From an uncultured bacterium (GTDB lineage: Bacteria; Abyssobacteria; SURF-5; CBDUXP01): 64,000 bases of DNA. The stretch covers positions 28,392 to 92,391 of the forward strand of contig CBDUXP010000007.1 of assembly GCA_965371225.1 (NCBI GenBank). Reading direction: 5' to 3'. A program made the translations under genes and the position numbers. Below, in pieces: positions 55,263 to 64,000 of the stretch (position 1 is its first letter; each line of letters begins with the position of its first letter). The notes below the pieces were generated by a model that searched no databases, was not told the origin of the DNA, and worked only from the letters and a program-made list of their open reading frames with translations.

Positions 55263-56459
55263 CTACGGCCGGCCCCGAATGCCCTCTGCCCCCAGGAGGT
55301 GCTCGTTCATGAGGGTCAGGCCTTGAATATCATAGATGTCCTGCGCGAAATACGGAATAGGGAGTACGAACTCGGACTTGCGGCAGTAAGCGCGCAATCG
55401 CTCGACGGCCTGGCGATCGGCGTCGGCCAACTGCTGAAAGTTGTCGAACGTCTCCGCAAGCTGGGCGCCCAGCCGATCGAATGCCGCGCCTTCTGTGGCG
55501 CTGCGCCCTAGGGCGGCCAGGGCGGCCATGCCTTCCCCATCCCGGCGCCAACGGGTGTAGGCGGATTTCATGCCCCGGCGCGACAGGTAATTCTCATGCA
55601 CCTTATTGACGATGAAGCCGCCGAACGGCATCCGGTAGTCCTTCAGCTTGTCATAGAAAAAGATGGACTCCTCCAGCGTCAGGTCCTCGGGGCTCGTCAC
55701 CAAGAGGAAGACCGTCGCCTTGCTCCGGAGGATGCGGCTGACCTTCGCCGCGCGCTCTTTGAAGCCGTCGTACATACCTTCAAAACCCAGAAAGAACTCC
55801 GACACAATCTTCAACACGGTCAAGCCGGTGACTTTCTCCAGGGCGCTCAGGACCGTTCGCGTGCCGCGCTGCATCACCCGCAGCCCCGCCCCCGCCACGC
55901 CGAAGTACGGCTTGAGAAACCATTGCAGGATCGAGCCGTCCAGAAACTCCGTCATGCGTGTTGGAGCATCCAGAAAATCCAGAGCGTGGCGCGTGGGCGG
56001 TGTGTCCAGCACGATCAAATCGTATTCCCCTTCGAGGTGCAGTTCGTACAGCTTCTCCATCGCCATGTACTCCTGCGAACCCGCCAACGCGTTTGAAATG
56101 TTCTGATACAGGAGATTGCCAAGAATACGGTCGGCGATCTCGGGCGAAGGGGCGTGCCGCCCCACCAAGTCATCGAACGTGCGCTTGGTATCCAACATCA
56201 TCGCCCACAGCGTCCCCCGCATCTCCAACCCCGCTTGGGCGCACTTGTCGCGGGGAACTTGCCGCGCCTCGTTGCCCAACTCCGACAGGCCGAGGGAGTT
56301 GGCCAAGCGCTTGGCAGGATCAATCGTCAGGACAAGGGCGTTCAGACCCTGATCCGCCGCGGCCAGCGCCAGGGACGCCGCCGTCGTGGTCTTGCCGACC
56401 CCCCCGCTGCCGCAGCACACGACAATTCGTTTCGAGTCGAGACAATCGCGCAGATTCAT
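55263..56459 (-). CDS. ArsA/GET3-family anion-transporting-type ATPase, single-domain homolog
   Basis: Deviant Walker A VVCCGSGGVGKTTTAASLA. It overlaps the upstream paralog by 4 nt. Confidence 0.8.
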   Translation of the reverse strand: MNLRDCLDSKRIVVCCGSGGVGKTTTAASLALAAADQGLNALVLTIDPAKRLANSLGLSELGNEARQVPRDKCAQAGLEMRGTLWAMMLDTKRTFDDLVGRHAPSPEIADRILGNLLYQNISNALAGSQEYMAMEKLYELHLEGEYDLIVLDTPPTRHALDFLDAPTRMTEFLDGSILQWFLKPYFGVAGAGLRVMQRGTRTVLSALEKVTGLTVLKIVSEFFLGFEGMYDGFKERAAKVSRILRSKATVFLLVTSPEDLTLEESIFFYDKLKDYRMPFGGFIVNKVHENYLSRRGMKSAYTRWRRDGEGMAALAALGRSATEGAAFDRLGAQLAETFDNFQQLADADRQAVERLRAYCRKSEFVLPIPYFAQDIYDIQGLTLMNEHLLGAEGIRGRP

Positions 56460-57439
56460 GCGAGGTCGACCGCGTCCAACCGCTCCTCAAGACTCGTGGA
56501 GACCGTGTCCACGAGGTCGAAGTCCAGGCTGCTTGAAAAGACGAAGGGAACCTCGACGGCCACGTGCCGGATCTCCCGTGTGAGTTTGGTGATGTACTTC
56601 TCGTTCAGGGCGCGCCGCCGGACTGCGGCGTCCATACAGGCGATCATGGCCTGTACGAGCGCCGCGTCCCGCGGGGGAAGCTCAGCGGTGTCCAGGCGCG
56701 CGGACAACTCCGCCAGGGTAGCCTGCTGAGCCGCGCTTAACACCTTGGGATATACCCCGTTGATGATCAGGCTAGCCAGGGGAATGCCCAATTCCCCCTC
56801 GATCGCGTGATACATTTCGATGGCTTCATTAGCCGGCATGTCCTCGGCCAGCGTGACCAGTAAAAACCGCGTGCGGCGCTTGTCTTTCAAGAGCGCGATG
56901 ATCTTTTCCGCTTGCTTGAAAATGGGGCCCATCTTCAGCGTCTTCTTCACCAGATACGGGACGCGGAGAAAGGAAATGCCATGGCCGGTGGCCGGGGCAT
57001 CGACGATAATGAGGTCCCACTTGGGCTTCGCCGACCGGCGCGTGCGGCGTTCCTCTTCCAGCATTCGGATTCGGCCGAGCGTCACGAGTTCCTTCAGCCC
57101 CGGGGCGGCCGCCACGAAATATCGATAGATGGGGCTCTCCACCACCTGGCGGGCCAACGCGCGCAGCGGCACCTGGGACTGAATGAATTCGTCCATCACG
57201 CGCTCGGGATGCAGATTCACTGCCCAGACGTTCTCAAATACCTGGCGCCCGTCATGCCCCACCTCCGGCGCGCCGAAGAGCTGGGAAATCCGCTCCTTGG
57301 AATCGAGTTCGACAGCCAGCACGCGTTTGCCCCGGCGAGCGGCCATGAGGGCCGTGGCCGCCACCACGGTGCTTTTCCCCACGCCGCCTTTGCCCGATAC
57401 GATCAGGAGGCGTTTATTGAGCAGACCGGTTACATTCAC
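56456..57439 (-). CDS. ArsA/GET3-family ATPase, single-domain homolog (second paralog)
   Basis: Deviant Walker A LLIVSGKGGVGKSTVVAATAL. Confidence 0.8.
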   Translation of the reverse strand: MNVTGLLNKRLLIVSGKGGVGKSTVVAATALMAARRGKRVLAVELDSKERISQLFGAPEVGHDGRQVFENVWAVNLHPERVMDEFIQSQVPLRALARQVVESPIYRYFVAAAPGLKELVTLGRIRMLEEERRTRRSAKPKWDLIIVDAPATGHGISFLRVPYLVKKTLKMGPIFKQAEKIIALLKDKRRTRFLLVTLAEDMPANEAIEMYHAIEGELGIPLASLIINGVYPKVLSAAQQATLAELSARLDTAELPPRDAALVQAMIACMDAAVRRRALNEKYITKLTREIRHVAVEVPFVFSSSLDFDLVDTVSTSLEERLDAVDLA

Positions 57440-57549
57440 GCCACGAACTCCCGCTGGACGGGCGAGCCGCTCATCCCGGCCTGTCGCCGGCTTACAGCCG
57501 CCTGCACCGTGGGCACGGGCGCTGAGAAATGAGTGAATCCGGCAATCAG

Positions 57550-59331
57550 TTACTCACGTTCAAACCAGCGCTCCCATTCGAAATCGGCCGTCGGCAATAG
57601 GTCGGCGGTACGGTGCACCAAGATCGCGCGAATTTCCGACGCCGTGGCGGCCGACAACGCTTCCGCCGCCACCGCCTGGGAATCGCTCAGGGAGATGGAC
57701 CGGATGATGCGCTTGATCTCCGGAATTTCGGCGGGGACCATGCTGAACTCGCGCAAGCCCAGGCCGAGCAGGAGCATAGTGAACCCGGGGTGGCCTGCCA
57801 GATCGCCGCAGAGACTCACGGGCCTCTGGGCCTGTTCCGCGGCGCGGAGCAGATGGTGGAGACTGCGGATGATACTGGGATGCGCGGGCACGTACAGGTG
57901 CGAGACTAGTTCGTTGATGCGGTCCACCGCGAGCGTGTACTGAATGAGGTCGTTGGTGCCCACGCTCAGAAAATCGCATTCCCGCGCGAGCAGATCGGCG
58001 GTGAAGACGGCCGAGGGAATTTCGATCATCGCGCCAACAGCCATGTGCTCGGGCAGCGTCGCGGCCTCCGCGACCAACTCCGCCCAGGTTTGATCGAACG
58101 CCTCCCGCGCCCGCCGAAAGTCCTCGAGCCCGGTGACCATGGGAAACATGACGCGCACGTCCCCATGGGCGCCCGCCCGGCAAATGGCCCGCAGCTGCGT
58201 GCGGAACAACTCAGGATGCGCGAGACTGAACCGAATCGCGCGACAGCCCATGACGGGATTCGCCTCATGGTAGTCGTACTGCCCGTCCAGCACCCGATCC
58301 GCGCCCACGTCAAGGGTGCGGATGGTGACGGGCTGCCCGGCGAACCGTTCCGCGACCCGCCGGTACGCCTGATATTGCTCCTCTTCATCGGGCAGTGTGG
58401 GGCGATTCAAGAAGAGATATTCGGTCCGGTACAGCCCCACGCCTGTCGCGCCATGCATGTCGAGACTCACCACTTCGTCCGGCAGGTCAATATTTGCTTG
58501 AAGCTGGACTTCGATCTCGTCCGTCGTCTCCGCCCGTAAATCCTCCAACTGGTCCAGCTCGTGCTCGAACTCGATCACATGGGCCCGCCGTTCTTCCGTC
58601 GCGGCAATCATCTGCGCATCCGGATGCACGGTGACCTCACCCCGATACCCGTCCACGATCAACGTATCCCCGGGCCGGATGCGATAGAGCTGGGCCTTGG
58701 CGCCGACGACGGCGGGAATCTCGAGGGCCTTCGCCAGAATGGCCGTGTGGCTTGTCTGGCCGCCCGCCACCGTGACGAACGCCCGCACATGCTCCCGGTC
58801 CAACTGCATGGTGTCCGACGGGGTGAGGTCGTGCGCCACGACAATCACCGGCCCGTCCAACTTCTCGAGGCTCGCCGCCTCTCCAGTCGCCAATTTGCTC
58901 TGCACGCGCCGACACACGTCAGCGATATCCACAAAGCGATCCGCCAAATAGGGGTCGTCGACATGCTGAAACCGTTCGCGGAGCGTCGTCACCTCGTCAG
59001 CGAGAATGTACTCGACGTTCCGCAACTCGGACCGCACCCGTTGGGGGATGCGGCCGAAGAAGGTGGTGTCCTGCAGGAGTTGCAAATGCGACTTGAAGAT
59101 TTCCTCCACACTGGGCTCGCCGATTTCTTCCATCGCGCGCCGACTCAGGGCCTCTATGTCTTTCCGCGTCTCGAGCACAGCCAGCGTAAGGCGTTGGATC
59201 TCCGCGTCCACCTCTTCTTCCTGAATCCGCCGCGGGACGACGTAGAAATCCTCGCTGAAGTGGATGTGCGCCCGGCCCACGGCGATCCCCGGCGACGCCG
59301 GCACCCCGGTAATGACGTTCGCTTCAGGCAT
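57550..59331 (-). CDS. ptsI: Phosphoenolpyruvate-protein phosphotransferase (PTS enzyme I)
   Basis: Full-length EI. The phospho-His region is GGQTSHTAILAKALEIPAVVG, followed by the PEP-binding TIM barrel. The start was chosen just downstream of ptsH. Confidence 0.9.
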   Translation of the reverse strand: MPEANVITGVPASPGIAVGRAHIHFSEDFYVVPRRIQEEEVDAEIQRLTLAVLETRKDIEALSRRAMEEIGEPSVEEIFKSHLQLLQDTTFFGRIPQRVRSELRNVEYILADEVTTLRERFQHVDDPYLADRFVDIADVCRRVQSKLATGEAASLEKLDGPVIVVAHDLTPSDTMQLDREHVRAFVTVAGGQTSHTAILAKALEIPAVVGAKAQLYRIRPGDTLIVDGYRGEVTVHPDAQMIAATEERRAHVIEFEHELDQLEDLRAETTDEIEVQLQANIDLPDEVVSLDMHGATGVGLYRTEYLFLNRPTLPDEEEQYQAYRRVAERFAGQPVTIRTLDVGADRVLDGQYDYHEANPVMGCRAIRFSLAHPELFRTQLRAICRAGAHGDVRVMFPMVTGLEDFRRAREAFDQTWAELVAEAATLPEHMAVGAMIEIPSAVFTADLLARECDFLSVGTNDLIQYTLAVDRINELVSHLYVPAHPSIIRSLHHLLRAAEQAQRPVSLCGDLAGHPGFTMLLLGLGLREFSMVPAEIPEIKRIIRSISLSDSQAVAAEALSAATASEIRAILVHRTADLLPTADFEWERWFERE

Positions 59332-59599
59332 AGGCCTCCCCAAAGCCCGACGCGAAATACTCCACGAGGAACTGCAGGCACGCCTCCTCGTCCGGTCCGT
59401 CCAGGTGCGCGATAACTTCCGCGCCGTTTCCCGCGGCGAGCGTGAGCAAACCGATGATGCTCTTCGCGTTCACCCGCTCGCCATCCTTCTCCAAATAGAC
59501 ATCACAGCGGAACTTGTTCAGTTTCTCCACCAGCTTGGCCGCCGGTCGCGCGTGCAGCCCTATCTCATTTGTTACGCGCATGGTCACAGACCGGCTCAC
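59324..59599 (-). CDS. ptsH: Phosphocarrier protein HPr
   Basis: His15 context IGLHARPAAKLV and Ser46 context NAKSIIGLLTLAAG (the HprK target). Confidence 0.8.
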   Translation of the reverse strand: MSRSVTMRVTNEIGLHARPAAKLVEKLNKFRCDVYLEKDGERVNAKSIIGLLTLAAGNGAEVIAHLDGPDEEACLQFLVEYFASGFGEAYA

Positions 59600-60480
59600 G
59601 TAGCTTCCGCCCGCAAAAGGTCTCGATGCTGCACGTGAACCCGCCCGACCGGCGCCGCCCGGCCAAGGGCCTCTGCCAGGGCGACCCCGAGGGCGACCGA
59701 CCGGTGCCGGCCTCCCGTACAGCCGACCCCGATCGTCAGGTAGCTCTTGCCCTCACGCGAGTAGGCCGGTAGTGCAAACGCGAGCAAGCCCACCATGCGG
59801 TCGAGGAATTCCGCGGTGGGCTCCGCCGTGAGGACGTAGTCGCGCACGGGCGCGTCCAATCCGGTCAGGGGCCGCAACGCTGGATCGTAGTGCGGATTCG
59901 GGAGGAATCGCGCATCGAAGAGCAAGTCCACTTCAGCGGGCACCCCGTACTTATACCCGAAAGAGACCACCTGCACCTGCATCCGCACGCGCTCGGACGG
60001 GGCCGCGTATCGTTCCCGCAACACATCCCGAAGCTGGTGGACGGTCAGCCGCGAGGTATCGATCACCGCAGCCGCCTGCCGGCGCAGGACCGTCAGTTTC
60101 TCCCGCTCGGCTTCGATGGCACCCCGCAGGTCATCCGCGGCCGCCGCCATGGGATGCCGGCGCCGGGATTCGCTATAGCGTTGGACGAGAGTGTCCGTCG
60201 CTGCCTCCAGGAACAACACTTCATACCCGAGCCCGCGGCTCGTGAGCGCTTGGAGGTGCAGGGTGACATTCTCAAAGAACTCGCGCTCGCGAATATCGAT
60301 GACGAGCGCCACCCGCCCCAACGTCGGCCCTTCCGTGGTGCATAGCTCGGAGAAGGGCGGCAACAAAGCGGCCGGCATATTATCGATGCAGAAGTAGCCC
60401 AGGTCTTCCAGCACGTTCGCGGCGGCACTGCGGCCGGCGCCGGACAGGCCCGTGATGACGACGATATGCTGGGCGTCCAC
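59596..60480 (-). CDS. rapZ: RNase adapter protein RapZ (YhbJ family P-loop NTPase)
   Basis: Walker A VVITGLSGAGRS and RapZ family similarity. There is an ATGA overlap with ptsH. Confidence 0.85.
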   Translation of the reverse strand: MDAQHIVVITGLSGAGRSAAANVLEDLGYFCIDNMPAALLPPFSELCTTEGPTLGRVALVIDIREREFFENVTLHLQALTSRGLGYEVLFLEAATDTLVQRYSESRRRHPMAAAADDLRGAIEAEREKLTVLRRQAAAVIDTSRLTVHQLRDVLRERYAAPSERVRMQVQVVSFGYKYGVPAEVDLLFDARFLPNPHYDPALRPLTGLDAPVRDYVLTAEPTAEFLDRMVGLLAFALPAYSREGKSYLTIGVGCTGGRHRSVALGVALAEALGRAAPVGRVHVQHRDLLRAEAT

Positions 60481-60482
60481 GT

Positions 60483-61433
60483 TCAGGCGGAGCCGGTGTT
60501 CTGCGCCCGCAAGGCTTCCTGTAACTGTTCGTCAAGCTGGCGCGCGGTGTGGATGCCGAAGTCCTTCAGCCGCTGGTTCAAGGCTGCCACCTCGATAATG
60601 ATGGCAATGTTGCGGCCGGGGCGCACCGGGATCGTCAATTTCGGCAGGCGCAGCTCCAGCAAGATGAAGGAGTCTTCCTCGATCCCGAGCCGGTCGTACT
60701 CCTTCGAGACATCCCAGTCTTCCAATTCGATCACGAGGCGGACGCGCTTGGTGTCGCGCACGGCGCCCACGCCAAAGATATTCCGCACATCGACGATGCC
60801 GAGCCCGCGCACCTCCATGTGGTGCTTCACTAGCGCCAGGCCTGCCCCATAGAGGTAGCGGTCCGCGCGGCGCGTAATCGCCACAGCGTCGTCGGCCACC
60901 AGCCGATGCCCGCGTTCCACCAGTTCCAGTGCCGCTTCGCTCTTGCCCACGCCCGCGTGCCCGAGAATCAGGACGCCCACCCCATGGACATCCACCAAGG
61001 TGCCGTGCAGCGTCGTCTGCGGGGAGAAGCGCTCATCGAGGAACACGATCGCCTTGCTCACGACTTTCGTCGTGGTGAGCAGGGAGCGCAGCACCGGCAC
61101 TCGCGCCGCCTCGGCGGCTTCGAGAAACACGGGGGGCGGCATGAGGCCGCGGCTGATAATGAAGCAGGGAATATCGAACTCGAACATGCGCGTTACGCGT
61201 TCCTGCAGCGTGTCGGGCGGCAACTGGAGCATGTAGTTGATCTCGGTGAGCCCCATGACCTGCGCCCGATCAAACGCGAAATAGTCCAAGTACCCCGCGA
61301 GCGCGAGACCGGGCCGATTCACATCGGGAATGGACAGGGTGCGGTCGAGGCCTGCCTCACCAGCGATGACGTGCAGCCGCAACCCAGTCTTCTCTTCAGC
61401 GAGAAATTCGGCCACCGGAAGGGACGGGCGCAT
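60483..61433 (-). CDS. hprK: HPr kinase/phosphorylase
   Basis: P-loop ILGHAGVGKSEAALEL and the C-terminal HprK signature. Confidence 0.85.
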   Translation of the reverse strand: MRPSLPVAEFLAEEKTGLRLHVIAGEAGLDRTLSIPDVNRPGLALAGYLDYFAFDRAQVMGLTEINYMLQLPPDTLQERVTRMFEFDIPCFIISRGLMPPPVFLEAAEAARVPVLRSLLTTTKVVSKAIVFLDERFSPQTTLHGTLVDVHGVGVLILGHAGVGKSEAALELVERGHRLVADDAVAITRRADRYLYGAGLALVKHHMEVRGLGIVDVRNIFGVGAVRDTKRVRLVIELEDWDVSKEYDRLGIEEDSFILLELRLPKLTIPVRPGRNIAIIIEVAALNQRLKDFGIHTARQLDEQLQEALRAQNTGSA

Positions 61434-61456
61434 GTGGAGTCCCGCGCGCCGGGGCC

Positions 61457-62056
61457 CTACGACCGGGTAATCAACCCGAGCTGACCGTCGGGACCCCGGT
61501 AGAGGACGTCAACGCTATTGCTCTCGTCGTTGATGAAGGCGAAGAACCGGTGTCCGTTGGCGAGCAGGGCCTCGATGGCAAGGGTCAGCGGCATCGGCCC
61601 GGCCGGCGCGCGGGTCGGCAAATCCGCCGCCACCACCGCCCCTTCGGCCTCTGCGCCGGGGTCGATATCCCCCTCAGCCCACTCGTCCTCGGCCTCATTC
61701 CCGTCCCATTCTTGTTCGGCCACGGCCGCCGCGTGCAGGTCGCGCTCCGCATGGTCCGGGCCGGTTTTCTTGCGCCGCGTCACCCGGTCCTTGTGCTTGC
61801 GGACTTGCCGCTCCAGCCGGTGCACCGCCCGGTCCACCGCGGCGTACATGTCCGGATCCCGCTCCCGCACGTGCAACGTCACGTGATTCCCCGTGACCGT
61901 GATGTCAGTCACATGGTCGTCCCGTTCGAGAAACAGAATGACGTGCGCGTCGAGTAGATTATGGAAGAAATGCTCCAGCTTGGCGAGGCGCCGCGCGACG
62001 TGGTCCCGCAGGGGGCGCGTCACATCAATGTGGCGCCCAGTCACTCGGACTTGCAT
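61457..62056 (-). CDS. hpf: Ribosome hibernation promoting factor, long form (HPF/RaiA)
   Basis: N-terminal sigma54-modulation/S30EA domain (MQVRVTGRHIDVT) plus a C-terminal dimerisation domain. Confidence 0.85.
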   Translation of the reverse strand: MQVRVTGRHIDVTRPLRDHVARRLAKLEHFFHNLLDAHVILFLERDDHVTDITVTGNHVTLHVRERDPDMYAAVDRAVHRLERQVRKHKDRVTRRKKTGPDHAERDLHAAAVAEQEWDGNEAEDEWAEGDIDPGAEAEGAVVAADLPTRAPAGPMPLTLAIEALLANGHRFFAFINDESNSVDVLYRGPDGQLGLITRS

Positions 62057-62217
62057 TCACCACCCTCCTCTCGGCAACGGCTCCTTGGGCGCGGTCGGGG
62101 CGAGCTGCCGGCGCGGGCCACGAGTGTACTCATGCAGGGGGCGGCAGCCGAATGAGGCCCCTGCCGCGGACCAGTATCATACCCAGGACCTACGTAAGCG
62201 TCAATTTGGACAGGAGG

Positions 62218-62997
62218 TTACGTGTCCTTCCCCGCAACGTCGGCATCGGGCACGTACCGAAACTCTTCCCCCAAATAGACTTGCTTGGCCACCGGATGAT
62301 CGACCAGTTCCCGAGATGATCCGGACACCACGACCCGCCCCTCGTGGATGAGGTAGGCGCGGTCCACCACGTCCAGCGTTTCCCGCACGCTGTGGTCCGT
62401 AATCAGGATCCCCAGCCCCCGCGTGCGCAGATCCTTCACGAGGGTCTGCAGCCCGAACACGGCCTTCGGGTCCACGCCGGAAAACGGCTCGTCGAGCAAG
62501 AGAAACCGCGGCTCCAAAACCAGGGCGCGCCCGATTTCGACCCGGCGGCGCTCGCCCCCCGACAGCGCGTACGCGCGTTGGTCCGCGAGACCGTCGATCC
62601 CCATACTCTCCAGCATGCGCGTCACCCGGTCGCGCTGTTCCGCCACCGGAATGGGGAGCATCTCCGCGACGGCCTGCAGGTTTTCCCGCACCGTCATCCG
62701 GCGGAAGATGGACGCTTCCTGGGGGAGATAGCCCACCCCGCACCGCGCCCGTTGGTACATGGGCAGCCGCGTCAGCTCCTCGTTGTCCAGGAGCACACGC
62801 CCGGCATCGGGCCGGGTGAGGCCCACCACCATATTAAACGTCGTCGTCTTACCGGCCCCATTGGGGCCCAGCAGCCCCACGATTTCGCCAGCGGCCACGG
62901 CAATGTCCACGTCATTCACGACGCGCCGGCCCTTGTACGCCTTGACCAGGTGCTCCGCGGACAGCGTGCCGGTCAGCGCGGCGCCGTCACTCGCCAT
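62218..62997 (-). CDS. lptB: LPS export ABC transporter ATP-binding protein LptB
   Basis: Walker A GPNGAGKTT, signature LSGGERRRVEIGRAL, and LptB-length. Confidence 0.9.
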   Translation of the reverse strand: MASDGAALTGTLSAEHLVKAYKGRRVVNDVDIAVAAGEIVGLLGPNGAGKTTTFNMVVGLTRPDAGRVLLDNEELTRLPMYQRARCGVGYLPQEASIFRRMTVRENLQAVAEMLPIPVAEQRDRVTRMLESMGIDGLADQRAYALSGGERRRVEIGRALVLEPRFLLLDEPFSGVDPKAVFGLQTLVKDLRTRGLGILITDHSVRETLDVVDRAYLIHEGRVVVSGSSRELVDHPVAKQVYLGEEFRYVPDADVAGKDT

Positions 62998-63532
62998 CGC
63001 TGCTCGTGTCGAGTTGCTTCGGGAAAATCACGCCCCGGACGTTCCCCTCCGCGGACACGCGATTGGTTTCGAGATACACCCGAATCCGATCCGCCGTGAG
63101 TTGCCCCCGGTCATCCTCCACATAGTTGTCCTGCAGCAGGTCCACCGTCCCCTGGCGGCCGTCGTAGACCGCCAACTCGCTCTTCGCGGTTAACCCTTCC
63201 CGCATCATGACCACCCGGCCCTCCGCGACAATCCGATCGGCCTGTCGCGACCCCTCCACCGTAAAGATGGTGACCTTGGTGGCTTTCAGACGCGCCTCGC
63301 GCTGGTCCCGACCGACCACGATGATGTCCACGTGCCCCTGGAACACTTGCGGCTCGTCCGGGGTCTGGGTCACCGCCATGGAGTCGGCGTGGATCAGGCG
63401 GACCTCCTTGATCTCGCTGGGCACCACCGAGCCCCCCGCGGCCGTTTGCGGGCTCGCGGGCGGGACGCCCGCCGCGAGCACGCCGCCCCACGCGCCCAGC
63501 AGGACGAACGCCCTAGCCGGCCAGTTCCGCAT
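62987..63532 (-). CDS. lptA: LPS transport periplasmic protein LptA (OstA-N-like)
   Basis: Signal peptide plus OstA-like beta-jellyroll repeats. It sits between lptB and the lptC-like gene. Confidence 0.7.
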   Translation of the reverse strand: MRNWPARAFVLLGAWGGVLAAGVPPASPQTAAGGSVVPSEIKEVRLIHADSMAVTQTPDEPQVFQGHVDIIVVGRDQREARLKATKVTIFTVEGSRQADRIVAEGRVVMMREGLTAKSELAVYDGRQGTVDLLQDNYVEDDRGQLTADRIRVYLETNRVSAEGNVRGVIFPKQLDTSSDGE

Positions 63533-64000
63533 CGTGCAACACGCCGTGTACCTGGAAGAGCTTCACATCTTGCAGCCCAGGTGAGGTTTCCATTCCCGTT
63601 GCCGTGATGTGCGACTCGCCCCGGCGCAACGTCACGCGTCCGTCGGTTCGCAATTTTCGATTCGCCCCGCTCCAATACAGGATAGTGCTGTCCAGGGTAT
63701 CCCCGTTCGGCGCCGCAATATGCACGTGGCCCCGCAGGGTGGCATCCTGCGACGCCGGGTCGTAATCCGCCTCGTCCGCGGTCACGATCGTCGGCCTCGG
63801 GTCTTCCCCGAAGAACTGCAGGGTCACCTCTACCAGGTGGGCGGGTTCCTGCGGCCGCTGCTGCACCCGCGCCGCATGCAACTCCCACTCAGTGACCAGG
63901 CCCCGGGTCTGGCGGAACGTGACGTCTTCCAACTCCTGTTCCAGGCTCAGGCCCCCCAAGGCGCCCGAGGCCGAGAACGCGTCAGGCTCGGGAGCGGTGG
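63513..64000 (-). CDS. lptC: LptC-like protein, probably truncated at the window edge (the N-terminus lies beyond 64000)
   Basis: LptC-like beta-jellyroll sequence (TADEADYDPASQDATLRGHVHI). No N-terminal TM helix is present inside the window, so the gene probably continues beyond the end. Confidence 0.5.
   Translation of the reverse strand, partial: TAPEPDAFSASGALGGLSLEQELEDVTFRQTRGLVTEWELHAARVQQRPQEPAHLVEVTLQFFGEDPRPTIVTADEADYDPASQDATLRGHVHIAAPNGDTLDSTILYWSGANRKLRTDGRVTLRRGESHITATGMETSPGLQDVKLFQVHGVLHDAELAG

Noticed and set aside
62057-62217. Possible rpoN remnant between lptB and hpf
   Set aside because: The 160-nt gap has no ORF and none of the sigma54 RpoN-box-like coding. It is simply intergenic, and the absence of rpoN is real within this window.
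1-64000. Search for CRISPR arrays, tRNA/rRNA genes, IS elements, integrases and phage genes
   Set aside because: I saw no regularly spaced direct repeats, no GGTTCGAATCC-type tRNA T-arm motifs in intergenic gaps, and no transposase, integrase or recombinase-like translations in any frame. The window looks like core chromosome.

Overview
This is a roughly 68% GC, densely coded 64 kb chromosomal segment from a diderm (LPS-producing) bacterium. The diderm call rests on lpxC and lptCAB, with pilT, hprK/rapZ, moaDE and liv genes all present on the same contig. I did not detect rRNA, tRNA, a CRISPR array, a transposase, an integrase or a phage structural gene.

The gene order is as follows. A cysK 3' fragment and msrP open the window, followed by a polytopic membrane protein. 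Next come a HEAT-repeat protein tightly coupled to a patatin-like phospholipase, a secreted low-complexity protein, and an NPP-type alkaline phosphatase-family enzyme with a membrane anchor. An FG-GAP lipoprotein and PBP4 (dacB) follow. Then comes an MrfB/MrfA-like exonuclease-helicase pair. A TPR lipoprotein, pilT, an acyl-CoA dehydrogenase, an EEP-family enzyme, a P1 (DmpA) peptidase and sfsA come next. After these are a Na/Pi cotransporter, greA, a methyltransferase, a GT2 glycosyltransferase and a low-GC hypothetical gene. The middle of the window holds an RND efflux pair, moaE and moaD, a receiver protein, a GDSL hydrolase, a DUF989-like membrane protein paired with an amicyanin-like cupredoxin lipoprotein, an isochorismatase, a putative glycoside hydrolase, lpxC and ggt. 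The most unusual block follows: response regulator, tandem zinc-ribbon membrane protein, archease, RtcB, a second patatin-like phospholipase paralog, a macro domain, and a large protein with a solute-binding-protein-like N-terminus, all co-directional and tightly packed. The window ends with an HDAC-family protein, a livJ/K-H-M-G-F operon, a NUDIX hydrolase, an SCP2 protein, two tandem ArsA/GET3-like ATPases, ptsI, ptsH, rapZ, hprK, hpf, lptB, lptA and a partial lptC.

Many long ORFs on the six-frame track are antisense artefacts of the high GC content and are rejected below. Several start codons computed from the ORF track disagreed by about 1 nt with positions read from the printed sequence lines (for example 41037 versus 41038), so refined starts carry that uncertainty.
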